Source: Bacteroidota bacterium (GTDB lineage Bacteria > Bacteroidota > Bacteroidia > Flavobacteriales_D > Sanyastnellaceae). From it: 64,000 nt of DNA. The position numbers and the translations under genes are program-made. The stretch lies in NCBI GenBank assembly GCA_016868835.1, contig VGFR01000001.1:1396-65395 (forward strand), in the 5' to 3' direction. Below the pieces are notes generated by a model. It ran no database searches. It saw only the letters and a program-made list of their open reading frames with translations, and was not told the origin of the DNA. Positions 1 to 9,700 of this stretch are shown here, piece by piece. Position 1 is the stretch's first letter; every line of letters begins with the position of its first letter.

Positions 1-1452
1 GATATTACACAGCGTCTTGAAAGCATGAGAACCGGTTGGTCATCTTTGATGCACCTGGGTAATGGAGGGGAGGTTGTTATGAACCACTCAGGCACTGGTG
101 GAATTAAAGTTTGGTCCAGAGCAGCAATTGGATCAGGAAATTGGACAATGTCTGCCGTTCCTAACGCTTCTGGTTTTGTCATGTTTTGGCCAAGAGCAGT
201 TGCAGGTGGTGCTGATGGAAATTCAATCCATATGATTTGCCTTGCAGATCCCAATGCAGGAGCATACACCAATGGCATGACAGGACCAATTCTTTATAAC
301 CGCTCCACTGATGGGGGGGCTACATGGGATTTGTCTGAAATTCTTTTACCAAATGAAGACACCTCCATTGTTAGTGGTTTCTCTGCCGACACCTATGCAA
401 TTCATGCAAGAGGAAACCGAATTGCAATTGCCTCTTTCGGAGATTTACAAGATTCATACGTTTGGATATCCGATGACAATGGTGCAACTTGGACTCAACG
501 CATTATTTGGGATTTCCCAATTGACAATTATGAAATTGACATGGGAACAGATATTGAATTAGATGGCATACAGGACACAATCTTGTCATCTGACGGAGCG
601 GGCGCCGTTTACATTGATGCCACGGGGACCATTCACGCTGCTTTTGGAACCATGTTCTACACAGACGATTTGGGAGTAATTGATTCTTCTTACAGCTACT
701 TCCCACTTGCAGGAAGTATCGCTTATTGGAATGAAAACATGTTAGATCCTGCAGCTGAAGTTTTGGAAATTGGAACCTCAATTGACATAGACCCGGCAAT
801 TCCTGCGGGAATTACAGAGGTAGGTCAATATGGAAATAGTGGAACCGCGTCACATCCCCAGTTGGCAGAAGCTGCTGATGGCACAATCTTTTGTTCATTT
901 CAAGCAGTGAACGAAGCCTACTACAACGGTGAAGAATACTTAAGGCATATCTACGCAGTAAAATCAGATGATGGTGGAGCAACTTGGACTACCCCATCTG
1001 ACATTACTCCAGATATTGCGGAAGATGGTTATGAATATGTTTATGCCTCCATGGCCCCAAATGCATACGGAGATAAAATACACTTGATTGTACAGCGTGA
1101 TTTCGAACCTGGCATTCACGTGCAGCCCGAAGATGCTGCAGATCCTGTGACAGATAATGATCAAATTTATGTTTGTGTTTCACTAGACCTAGTGAATGTT
1201 GAAGAGTCTGAGTTAAATAATGATCTTTCAATATTCCCGAATCCCACAACAGAAAATGTTCAAATCAACTTACCACAAGAGGCTACTGGAAACCTATATG
1301 TTTATAATGTTTATGGCCAACTTGTTCAAACCATGTTCATCAGCAACATGAACAAGTTCTCTTGTGATGTTTCAAACCTAGCAAGCGGTTTGTACCAAGT
1401 TTCCTTCGTAACTGAACAGTACGTTTGGAGTTCTCAGCTGATTAAGAAATAA
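1..1452 (+). CDS. BNR/Asp-box repeat (sialidase-fold) secreted protein with T9SS type A C-terminal sorting domain; N-terminus probably lies upstream of the window
   Basis: The frame of ORF 25..1452 stays open back to nt 1, and there is no signal peptide after Met25. Three Asp-box motifs are present (STDGGATWD, SDDNGATWT, SDDGGATWT). The C-terminal ~75 aa (LSIFPNPTTENVQINLP...LYVYNVYGQLV...LASGLYQVSF) fits the Por_Secre_tail pattern. Confidence 0.7.
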   Translation, partial: DITQRLESMRTGWSSLMHLGNGGEVVMNHSGTGGIKVWSRAAIGSGNWTMSAVPNASGFVMFWPRAVAGGADGNSIHMICLADPNAGAYTNGMTGPILYNRSTDGGATWDLSEILLPNEDTSIVSGFSADTYAIHARGNRIAIASFGDLQDSYVWISDDNGATWTQRIIWDFPIDNYEIDMGTDIELDGIQDTILSSDGAGAVYIDATGTIHAAFGTMFYTDDLGVIDSSYSYFPLAGSIAYWNENMLDPAAEVLEIGTSIDIDPAIPAGITEVGQYGNSGTASHPQLAEAADGTIFCSFQAVNEAYYNGEEYLRHIYAVKSDDGGATWTTPSDITPDIAEDGYEYVYASMAPNAYGDKIHLIVQRDFEPGIHVQPEDAADPVTDNDQIYVCVSLDLVNVEESELNNDLSIFPNPTTENVQINLPQEATGNLYVYNVYGQLVQTMFISNMNKFSCDVSNLASGLYQVSFVTEQYVWSSQLIKK

Positions 1453-1465
1453 AAGATAATCAAAA

Positions 1466-1491
1466 TAAAAAGGGGGCTAGGCCCCCTTTTT
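1466..1491. terminator. Rho-independent, probably bidirectional terminator between convergent genes
   Basis: GGGGGC(1472-1477)-tag-GCCCCC(1481-1486) hairpin, with an A-run upstream and a T-run downstream. Confidence 0.8.
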
Positions 1492-1495
1492 AATT

Positions 1496-2053
1496 CTATA
1501 ACTTTCCAAGCAATGCCGTCTTGAGAGATGAATCTGCGGGCTTGTTTCCCAACCAAATTGAAAATAACGCTTTCTTAAATTCCAAACCGGGAACACTTCC
1601 CAACCATTGACCATTTTTTACAGCCAATGTTCCGCTTCCAGGCACATACTCCAAACGAATTACGTCTCCAATTTTAAATTCATCTTTAAAAATACCCATA
1701 AATTGTTTTCTCTCTGCATCTGTTGCTTTTCCATGGCTTGCGTTCTGAAATCCTTCATTCACTGTTTCCGTGAAAATTTGTCTTGTCACGCGATCTGAAA
1801 TAATATGTATTTCCATACACATTGGGGCATCATCGCCAATAATCTTATTTGCATCAACGCTTGGTCGAGTCAAATACAAAGCCGCCGCATACAAATCAAT
1901 GGTATATTTCTCTCTCAAACCACAGCCATTGAAAACCAAATTGTGCGACTGCATATACGTCTTTGGGGTGAAAGTTACGCCTCCCGCTGTACGTTGTGAA
2001 AAACCAACTGCGCTTAAGACTAAACACATCATTGATAAAATAATTTTTTTCAT
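1496..2053 (-). CDS. Chalcone-isomerase-like (Chalcone_3 type) secreted protein
   Basis: ATG at 2053 gives the signal peptide MKKIILSMMCLVLSAVGF. The body (FNGCGLREKYTIDLYAAALYL ... KKALFSIWLGNKP) resembles the bacterial chalcone isomerase-like family. The longer ORF start at 2086 lacks a signal peptide. Confidence 0.6.
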   Translation of the reverse strand: MKKIILSMMCLVLSAVGFSQRTAGGVTFTPKTYMQSHNLVFNGCGLREKYTIDLYAAALYLTRPSVDANKIIGDDAPMCMEIHIISDRVTRQIFTETVNEGFQNASHGKATDAERKQFMGIFKDEFKIGDVIRLEYVPGSGTLAVKNGQWLGSVPGLEFKKALFSIWLGNKPADSSLKTALLGKL

Positions 2054-2103
2054 ATTCTTTTCTTTTGTGACTAAATTAGTGGACAAGTTTCAAAATATCA
2101 AAT

Positions 2104-2358
2104 ATGAAAAGTTTCTTTACCTTATTTTGTTGTCTTTCTATCCTGACACTTGCCTCTTGTGGGGGTTGGACAGAAGAAAGAAAAAAAACCATTACAGATA
2201 AATGCGATGCCGACTTGTATGATTGCAATTGCTTTCTTCAAAAAACAATGGAAACTTTCCCCGAACCCGACCAATACAATACAACGCTTGAAAACGAAGG
2301 TGCTAACCAACAAAAGGTTGATACCTATTGGAAAAGTCTTGAAGGCTGCATGAAGTAA
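2104..2358 (+). CDS. Small Cys-rich lipoprotein, function unknown
   Basis: Lipobox in MKSFFTLFCCLSILTLASCGG. The 84-aa ORF fills an otherwise empty gap. Confidence 0.5.
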   Translation: MKSFFTLFCCLSILTLASCGGWTEERKKTITDKCDADLYDCNCFLQKTMETFPEPDQYNTTLENEGANQQKVDTYWKSLEGCMK

Positions 2359-2359
2359 A

Positions 2360-4687
2360 TCAATCCCGCTTAATAAGCAAGTCGCTTTCTATTGGGCTTT
2401 GATTGCTCCTCAGATCCAAAACATAGTAGTAAGTTCCGTCAGAAAAGCCGCTTCCATTCCACGTGTTGGTATATCCATGAGATTCAAAAATTATATCCCC
2501 CCATCGATTAAACACAAGCAAGTGGTTTTCGGGATAAAACTCAATAAAATCAAACGCTAAATAGTCATTTTTCCCATCTCCATTGGGAGTTATAATATTC
2601 ATGGGCTGTATTGTTGCTGGTACAACAAGTAGTTCTTGACAGGTTTCAGACAAACAATTATTCTCTGTAGTAATGGTTTCACAGACCAAGTATATTCCCG
2701 GAGTATCAAACACGTGCTCACAAACAAAGCCCGAAGACTGCTCGCCGTCACCGAAATTCCAATTCACTTCCGATATATTCGAACCAAATCCGACCGACTC
2801 ATCTGTAAAAATTTCCGATTGATTTACAACTACAGGATTCTGTGACATAATAAAATTCGCTTGAGGGGTTGGTAATACCTGCACAACAAAAGAAACCGTG
2901 TCGGAATAGCAGCCATTCAAATCTGCAAATGCATTATAGGAAACCCCAACTGCTGTTGTATCTGAAACAAAGAATTGATCTGTAAAAGAACCGAAAGAAA
3001 CATTACCATTACCACCCCACGTAATTGTTGCGTTAGATAAGCAAGAAGAAAGATTAATGTCATAAGACTCATTGTTACAAACAACCAGGTTAAGCGGGTC
3101 AACTTGAATATTTGGTGTTGGCTTTCTATTCAACGTGGCCGGCGGCATTCCTGAAATAACGTTTCCACAAGCGTCAACAACGGTGGGTGCCGGTATTGAA
3201 AGTGTGGGAGATGTGTTACAAAATTCTGGACAATTGGGAATTGTTAATTCAATTTGCTTCGCTGTATTTCCCAAATCGCATGGCTCAGGTTCTCCAACTA
3301 CAACACTTCCTTGCATCCATGGATGCGTTATAGTATAAGGTGGAACTCCATATCGCGTTCTTACGGTTCCTGTTACGTTGCAATCATTTGTGCACTTCAC
3401 CGCTGTAGGTACAGTCCATTGAGAACCATAAGATTCTATCGTATGCCCTTCAACATAAGCAACGAAAGGCCATTGAGTAAACATATCATAATAAATATAA
3501 TTTGTATTGCACCCGTCATTGATATATGACCTACCCAGGTGCATACGCAAATAAAAACTTTGGTCTGCACATGTTGGAGAATAGCAGCACATGAGTGGAT
3601 TTCGCATATCAAAGTTTTCTAAATATGCCGTTCCGGCCAAGCTTGCATTTGCTCCTGTAACCGTAAACTCTTCTGTTTGGCCACAGCTTGTGCTGAAATA
3701 CATAGATCCGTCTGACATCCAGGCTGAAGTAAAGGGGTCTGCATAATAACTTGCACCAACCAAGAGACCGGTTACGGTAATTCCACCTGGTACGGAAACA
3801 AGCATGCTGTCAACATTGTAGTTCGGCATAAAACAAGAGGGCATGTATCCGTTTGACCAAAGAGAAGTTGGGCCAGTAATCAAAGGGTCAACCTCAACTG
3901 GGAATGTTCTTTCTTCTTGTAATAACCAATCGCGCTGAACCACGGTTGTTACAGTCCAAACATTTTGATCTCTGCCTATGTGATATCCCGCAAGATTAAA
4001 GTTATTCGCTGCGTCAATGCATATCGCTCCGCCAATTGTACCTATGCATTCACCATTTAAATCTGAAATGATTAAAGCGCCATACCACATCTCTCCCTCC
4101 AATTTTCCTCGCCCTGTTGCATACTCAATTTTAGCACCTTCAGGTAAAAGATATTGCTCCTTTAAAAAAACATCTTCACCAAGATCCTCGGGCGTTTCTG
4201 GAATAAAAAAAGAACTCTTCGCCGCATTTTCTTTAATTTGAATCTTTTGGTTTCCCCAGGCAGACTCAAGAATGTACGTGGCTTCGGAGATGTCCTTTAA
4301 TTGCGCGGTTTTACTTAATGCCGGTATGTAATGAAATGCGTTTTTTGAATCAATATCAAATGTTATTTTTCCTGCTTCATCAATGAATATTGGGTGTGTT
4401 TGATTCGGATACAAATTGCCGTTCTTAATTTTTATTGAATTTAAATTTATTTTTTCCCAGTGACCGTTTTTTAAAAAGTGAATGGGGTGTGAACTGTTTT
4501 TGATGACAACTTTGCCGTTTTGAAAATGTCTTGTTTCTGTTTTTTCCGTTCTTAGACTTGGAACTTCCTCACCGTCATAGAAATGATTAGTCGTGGAGGA
4601 ACCAAGGTTAAATGTAGTATAACTCTGCTCTTGAGAATACACACAAGTGTGGGAAAGCAGAGCTAAGATTAGTATGGTGTTTTTCAT
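2360..4687 (-). CDS. Large secreted protein with PKD domain and gliding-motility-associated / T9SS type B C-terminal domain
   Basis: Signal peptide MKNTILILALLSHTCVYSQ. PKD-like WNFGDGEQS segment. C-terminus IITPNGDGKNDYLAF...VFNRWGDIIFES...GTYYYVL. Confidence 0.8.
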   Translation of the reverse strand: MKNTILILALLSHTCVYSQEQSYTTFNLGSSTTNHFYDGEEVPSLRTEKTETRHFQNGKVVIKNSSHPIHFLKNGHWEKINLNSIKIKNGNLYPNQTHPIFIDEAGKITFDIDSKNAFHYIPALSKTAQLKDISEATYILESAWGNQKIQIKENAAKSSFFIPETPEDLGEDVFLKEQYLLPEGAKIEYATGRGKLEGEMWYGALIISDLNGECIGTIGGAICIDAANNFNLAGYHIGRDQNVWTVTTVVQRDWLLQEERTFPVEVDPLITGPTSLWSNGYMPSCFMPNYNVDSMLVSVPGGITVTGLLVGASYYADPFTSAWMSDGSMYFSTSCGQTEEFTVTGANASLAGTAYLENFDMRNPLMCCYSPTCADQSFYLRMHLGRSYINDGCNTNYIYYDMFTQWPFVAYVEGHTIESYGSQWTVPTAVKCTNDCNVTGTVRTRYGVPPYTITHPWMQGSVVVGEPEPCDLGNTAKQIELTIPNCPEFCNTSPTLSIPAPTVVDACGNVISGMPPATLNRKPTPNIQVDPLNLVVCNNESYDINLSSCLSNATITWGGNGNVSFGSFTDQFFVSDTTAVGVSYNAFADLNGCYSDTVSFVVQVLPTPQANFIMSQNPVVVNQSEIFTDESVGFGSNISEVNWNFGDGEQSSGFVCEHVFDTPGIYLVCETITTENNCLSETCQELLVVPATIQPMNIITPNGDGKNDYLAFDFIEFYPENHLLVFNRWGDIIFESHGYTNTWNGSGFSDGTYYYVLDLRSNQSPIESDLLIKRD

Positions 4688-4766
4688 AGGTTTAGTTGTT
4701 GAAAATTAGCGAATTAAATTCGAACCTCCAAGTTTTTTTGTAAATTGTGCTACCACAATTTTTTAT

Positions 4767-6743
4767 ATGCGTTTTTGGATTTTAATATTATGTGTGTTTT
4801 ATTTCAATAACAGCAGAGCTCAATCTGTGAGCGACTGCAACGGTGCTGTTCAACTTTGCGGCGATTTATACACAGAAACATTTGCCACCTCTTCTACAGG
4901 ACTTGTCTATGAACCAACTGGGGCCTGCAATAATGGGCTAGAAGTTAGCAGCTTGTGGTACACATTTACAGTTGTTGAAACTGGAACCATGGGGTTTGTT
5001 CTTTCTCCATCAAATTTCAACGATGATTACGATTGGGGTTTATTCAATGTAACCCAAAACGGGTGTTCAGGAATTTTAAATGGCACCTCGCCCGAAGTGA
5101 GTTGCAATTCATACGGACTATTCACCAACTCTGGACCAACAGGAATTTCTACCGCCAATGGGGGTAGCGGAAATACAAATGGTCCAGGCGATTTAAATGG
5201 CCCGCCATTCAACGGAGACCTAAATGTAACTGCAGGTGAAACGTATGCTCTTGTTGTTATGAATTGGTCCAATGGCTTAGGTGGTTATACCGTAGATTTT
5301 TCAAATTCCTCAGCATCATTATATGACGATATTGCTCCAACGGTGTTAAACGTGTCTTCAGATTGCACCGCGCCGGGTATACTTGTCGAATTCTCTGAAA
5401 ATCTCGTTACAAGTTCTATTCAAGCAGGTGACTTCATTTTAACTGGTCCCAATGGGAATGTAACCATTAATAGTGTAAGCCCCGTGAATCCCAATTCACC
5501 TGGAAATTCTACAATCACCTTAATTCCTGCTGTTGGAGTACTTCCAGCTGGCTCATACACATTAACCTTTCCCGATTTGGCGGGGTTTGTAAATGACCCC
5601 TGCGGAAATACAGTAACGGGGAGTTTTGATTTTAGCATTTCACCCAGTTCGGTATCAATAAATGCTGGCCAAGACGTTGTCATATGTCCCGGAGAAACAA
5701 CCGTTCTTGAAGCAACGGGCAGTTTTACTACGTTGGTTTGGATAAATGGGCCAACAACAGCGCAATACGAAGTTGGAGCTGCGGGAAATTATCAAGTAAC
5801 CGCCGAGCTGAATGGGTGCTTTACAAGTGATGTTGTTTCCGTTAGTGTTCAGAGCATACCGAATTGGTCTCTGGGAAACGATACTACCGTCTGCAGTGTA
5901 CCGGCATATTCCGTTGAATCGTCTGTTCCTGTTTTATGGGAAAACACAATTATTTCCAACACTTACCTGATCCAATCAACCGGTATGATTCACGCTGTAT
6001 ACACGTATATGGGTTGCGATATTTTGGACAGTGTTTATATCAGCGTATCTGCACAACCCACAATTGATCTAGGAAATGATACTATCCTTTGTCCAAATGA
6101 AATACTCACAATTTCAACCCCAACTCCATATAGTTGGAACGGCCTAACTATTTCGAATTCATACACTGTTACGGAGCCTCAAGAACTCATAGCAAGTTTT
6201 TCAGACGGTGTTTGCAATACAAGTGATACACTGCTTATTGCCTATGTAGAACCATTGAGCATTCCTATCCTAGACGAATACACCTATTGCTTTGGTGACA
6301 CAATTACGCTTTCCGCAATATCAAACGGAGTGCAGAATATTGTTTGGTTTGATGGTGCGGATTCGCCCACACATATTTTTTATGAAACAGGGGTATATGA
6401 GGTGACAACCTCAAACTCATGTGAGACCATATCTAAATTTTGGAGTATGGAATTCGTCGACTGCGACAATTATGTTTTTGTTCCCAATAGCTTTACACCC
6501 AACGGAGATGGTATTAATGATTATTGGTTTCCTTCATTCAACAACGCAAGTAGCTTTGAAGTTGCTGTTTTTTCACGCTGGGGTGATCTTATTTTCGAGA
6601 CCAAATCAGAAAAACCTTGGGTCGGAAATACAAATAATGGCGATTATTTCTGCTCCGATGGCGTATACGCGTATTCTGTTAAGGTTAAATTTAACAACGG
6701 GTCTGCTCAAGAATTAACAGGTCATGTTGTTCTTCTTCGTTAA
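4767..6743 (+). CDS. Secreted adhesin-like protein with Cys-rich N-terminal module and T9SS type B C-terminal domain
   Basis: Signal peptide MRFWILILCVFYFNNSRAQ. C-terminus VFVPNSFTPNGDGINDYWFP...VFSRWGDLIFET...GVYAYSV. Confidence 0.8.
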   Translation: MRFWILILCVFYFNNSRAQSVSDCNGAVQLCGDLYTETFATSSTGLVYEPTGACNNGLEVSSLWYTFTVVETGTMGFVLSPSNFNDDYDWGLFNVTQNGCSGILNGTSPEVSCNSYGLFTNSGPTGISTANGGSGNTNGPGDLNGPPFNGDLNVTAGETYALVVMNWSNGLGGYTVDFSNSSASLYDDIAPTVLNVSSDCTAPGILVEFSENLVTSSIQAGDFILTGPNGNVTINSVSPVNPNSPGNSTITLIPAVGVLPAGSYTLTFPDLAGFVNDPCGNTVTGSFDFSISPSSVSINAGQDVVICPGETTVLEATGSFTTLVWINGPTTAQYEVGAAGNYQVTAELNGCFTSDVVSVSVQSIPNWSLGNDTTVCSVPAYSVESSVPVLWENTIISNTYLIQSTGMIHAVYTYMGCDILDSVYISVSAQPTIDLGNDTILCPNEILTISTPTPYSWNGLTISNSYTVTEPQELIASFSDGVCNTSDTLLIAYVEPLSIPILDEYTYCFGDTITLSAISNGVQNIVWFDGADSPTHIFYETGVYEVTTSNSCETISKFWSMEFVDCDNYVFVPNSFTPNGDGINDYWFPSFNNASSFEVAVFSRWGDLIFETKSEKPWVGNTNNGDYFCSDGVYAYSVKVKFNNGSAQELTGHVVLLR

Positions 6744-9700
6744 CGCAGAAGAATCACCGCTCCAACAAATCTCTCCGCATTTGTCTCTGGTGTTAGTGTC
6801 ACAACAACCTCATAGATATAAGCATCTGGCTCTGCCCAATGTTCTCCGTCATGCACATTTCCAATCCACACTTTTTTTGGATCGTTCGTTTCAAATATGA
6901 CATCTCCCCAACGGTCAAAGATTTTAAATGAATAAGGTGCTCCTTCCACATATTTGGTTATTGAGGGTCCAAACACGTCGTTCACCCCATCATTGTCTGG
7001 AGTAAACGAATTGGGAATATAAATAAACTCTTCCTGATTCAGGGTTACCGTATAACACTGAGCGTCCATACAACCTCCAAGACCAACTACATCTAGACAA
7101 ACTAAGAAGTTATCTTCAAAATTCGAAGGAACATTAAATATTAAATCTTCCGAATTATACGTAACACCATTGATGTCCCACGTATAGGTTACTCCACCTA
7201 GAGAAAGGTTTGAAAAGGTCACTATTCCACCTGGAGCGGGTTCCACAGGCTCCCAAGTAAATGAGGCATTGGGGTTCGTCACTGTACAAACGGCATCTGT
7301 TGTTTGAGTATAAGCAGAACAGCCATTGGCGTCTGTAATTAACAACCCAATATCAAAACAAGAATTACCATTAAATGTATAAGGCAATGAATTTCCATTA
7401 CCAACTGGATTGCCGTCTACAGACCAAACTGCTATAGAACCAAGTGGGTTTGATGTGTTCGTGAAAGAAGTTGTTACTGGTGCGCACCCTCCTGTTGAAC
7501 CGACTGTAAAACTTGGAACCGGCAGAGGGTTAACTACAACAGTTATGTTATCCGAAGAAAGACACCCATTGTTATCAATGTTGTAATCAAAAGAAAACGT
7601 TCCAGCACCAAGCACTGAAGGATCAATAGTACCATTTACCGCTATCGGCTCGGTGCCGCTCCAAACTCCATTTGGACTTGCTGCCTGAAGGGTGTACGGT
7701 GGTTCATCTATACAGAAAGGACCTGCATTGGAGATGGTCGCATCTAAATTGGTAATAACCGTAATGTTGGTTGTAAACGATTGGCTGCATTGTCCTGCCG
7801 TTGCATAGTTTATTGTATAGTTTCCTGCTGCTGTATTCGCAGATCCAAATGTGCCATTAGCTGCGCTGGTTATTCCCGTACCAGACCAAATTCCTCCGGT
7901 TGTTGCAGCCGAAAGTGTTTGGGGTAAATCTGTTTGACAGAAAGGGCCGGCAGGTGTTATTGTACCATCTGGCACATCCAAAACTTCAATGTCTAATGTC
8001 GCCGAAGCTGGACATGGGCCTGAAATATCGTAATTCACAGTGTAAGGTCCAGGAACCAAACCGCTAGGGTCGAAGGTTCCAAGTGTCGCATTTGTAATTG
8101 CATTTCCAGACCACGTACCCCCAGGATCTGCCGCTGTTAAGTTAAATGGTGCCGCATTATTACACACGGGATTAACGGCAGTAATTGTTGCATCAAAGTT
8201 TTCATTCACTACCACATCAACTGTAAAGTCTCTCGGACAAAGACCGGGTGTTGTATACGTAACTGTATAGGTATTACCAGCCAGTGACGGCGAACCAAAA
8301 CTACCTGTTGACGCACCCACAACTCCTGTCCCAGACCAAGTTCCTCCTGGAGTTGCTGCTGTAAGTGTTTCGGGTAACTCAACTTGACAAAATGGACCCG
8401 CTGGGGTAATTGTTCCATCCAAGACTTCGTTCACTATAATATCTGTATCATCTTGACTTGGGCAAAAGCCACCGATGCTGTAGGTGACATTGTAGGTGTT
8501 AGGAGCGAGGCCCGTTGGATCAAATGTTCCAAGAATTGGGTCTACAATTCCTGTACCTGACCACACTCCTCCCGCATTTGCTGTAGTTAGGTTAATAGCT
8601 GTATCATCTTGACACAAGGCGGCAATATCTGTTATAGTAGCATTGGATTGTGGAATTGCAGTAACCGTTACATCATCAGTGGAAGAGCAAGCACCAGAAA
8701 CCACGGTTAGCGTGTATGTCTGGCTTGAATTTGCAGTATATGTTGGAGTAAGTGTTAAACTTCCATTTAAATTGGTGGTGGGGGTCCAAAAGAATGTCTC
8801 GCTACCTGTATTTGAGTTTGTAAATGACCCTGTCATAAGGGTATCAAGCCCTTCGCAAATATCAAAATCAAGCCCTGCATTTACAATAGGTACGTTTACA
8901 ACCAAGATTTGTGTACCATCTACACTTCCGCATTGACCAGGAATACTGTAGTTTATGGTATGAGGGCCTGCCCCAGCGATCAGAGGATCAAAGAGGCCAT
9001 TTACCGGGTCAATAATCCCGGAGCCACTCCATGTACCGGTAGAATCAACGGCCACCAATGTTTGAATTCCAGCGTCAGAGCATAGCGGACCAATGTCTGT
9101 AATGGTTGCATCACCAACTCCCGCAACGGTTATGGTGTATGAAATAGGGGTTCCAGAGCATGTTCCCAATGTAGGTGTAGCGGTCACCGTAGATACGATC
9201 TGACTCAGTTCTGAATTTGTTGCAACGAAGGTTGGAATGTTGGCCGTTCCAGATGCCGACAACCCCGTATTTGTGTTGTCATTACTCCATGCTACTGTGG
9301 CATTCCCCGGATTTACAGTCCAAACCATTGCAGGTACATTCGCTCCATCACAGTACATGTTTGACACGGGCGTTGACATACCGGGAGTTGGATTTACAAT
9401 AACATTAATGTAGCCTGTTGTTCCTGTACAATTGTTAAGTACAGGGGTAACGCCAATTACGCCTATCAGCATGGCATTGGTGTTGTTCGTTGCATTGAAT
9501 GCTGGCATGTTCCCGGTTCCCGATGCTGGCAGTCCAATCCCAGGTGCGGTGTTGGTCCAGTTAAAAGTAGCACCAGCTGGTGTAGATGTAAAATTCTGGG
9601 CAGGAACCTGTTGGCCAGCACACAGAGTGTAGAAACCACTAATATTAGCCGTAGGCGGGGTTACTACCGTTACTGGTAACGTAGCACTTGCCGAACATCC

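Noticed and set aside
7529-9109. Regular 225-nt periodicity that could superficially suggest a repeat array or CRISPR.
   Set aside because: The period lies within one continuous ORF. The units are diverged at the DNA level and conserved at the protein level, there are no short identical repeats with unique spacers, and no cas genes are present.
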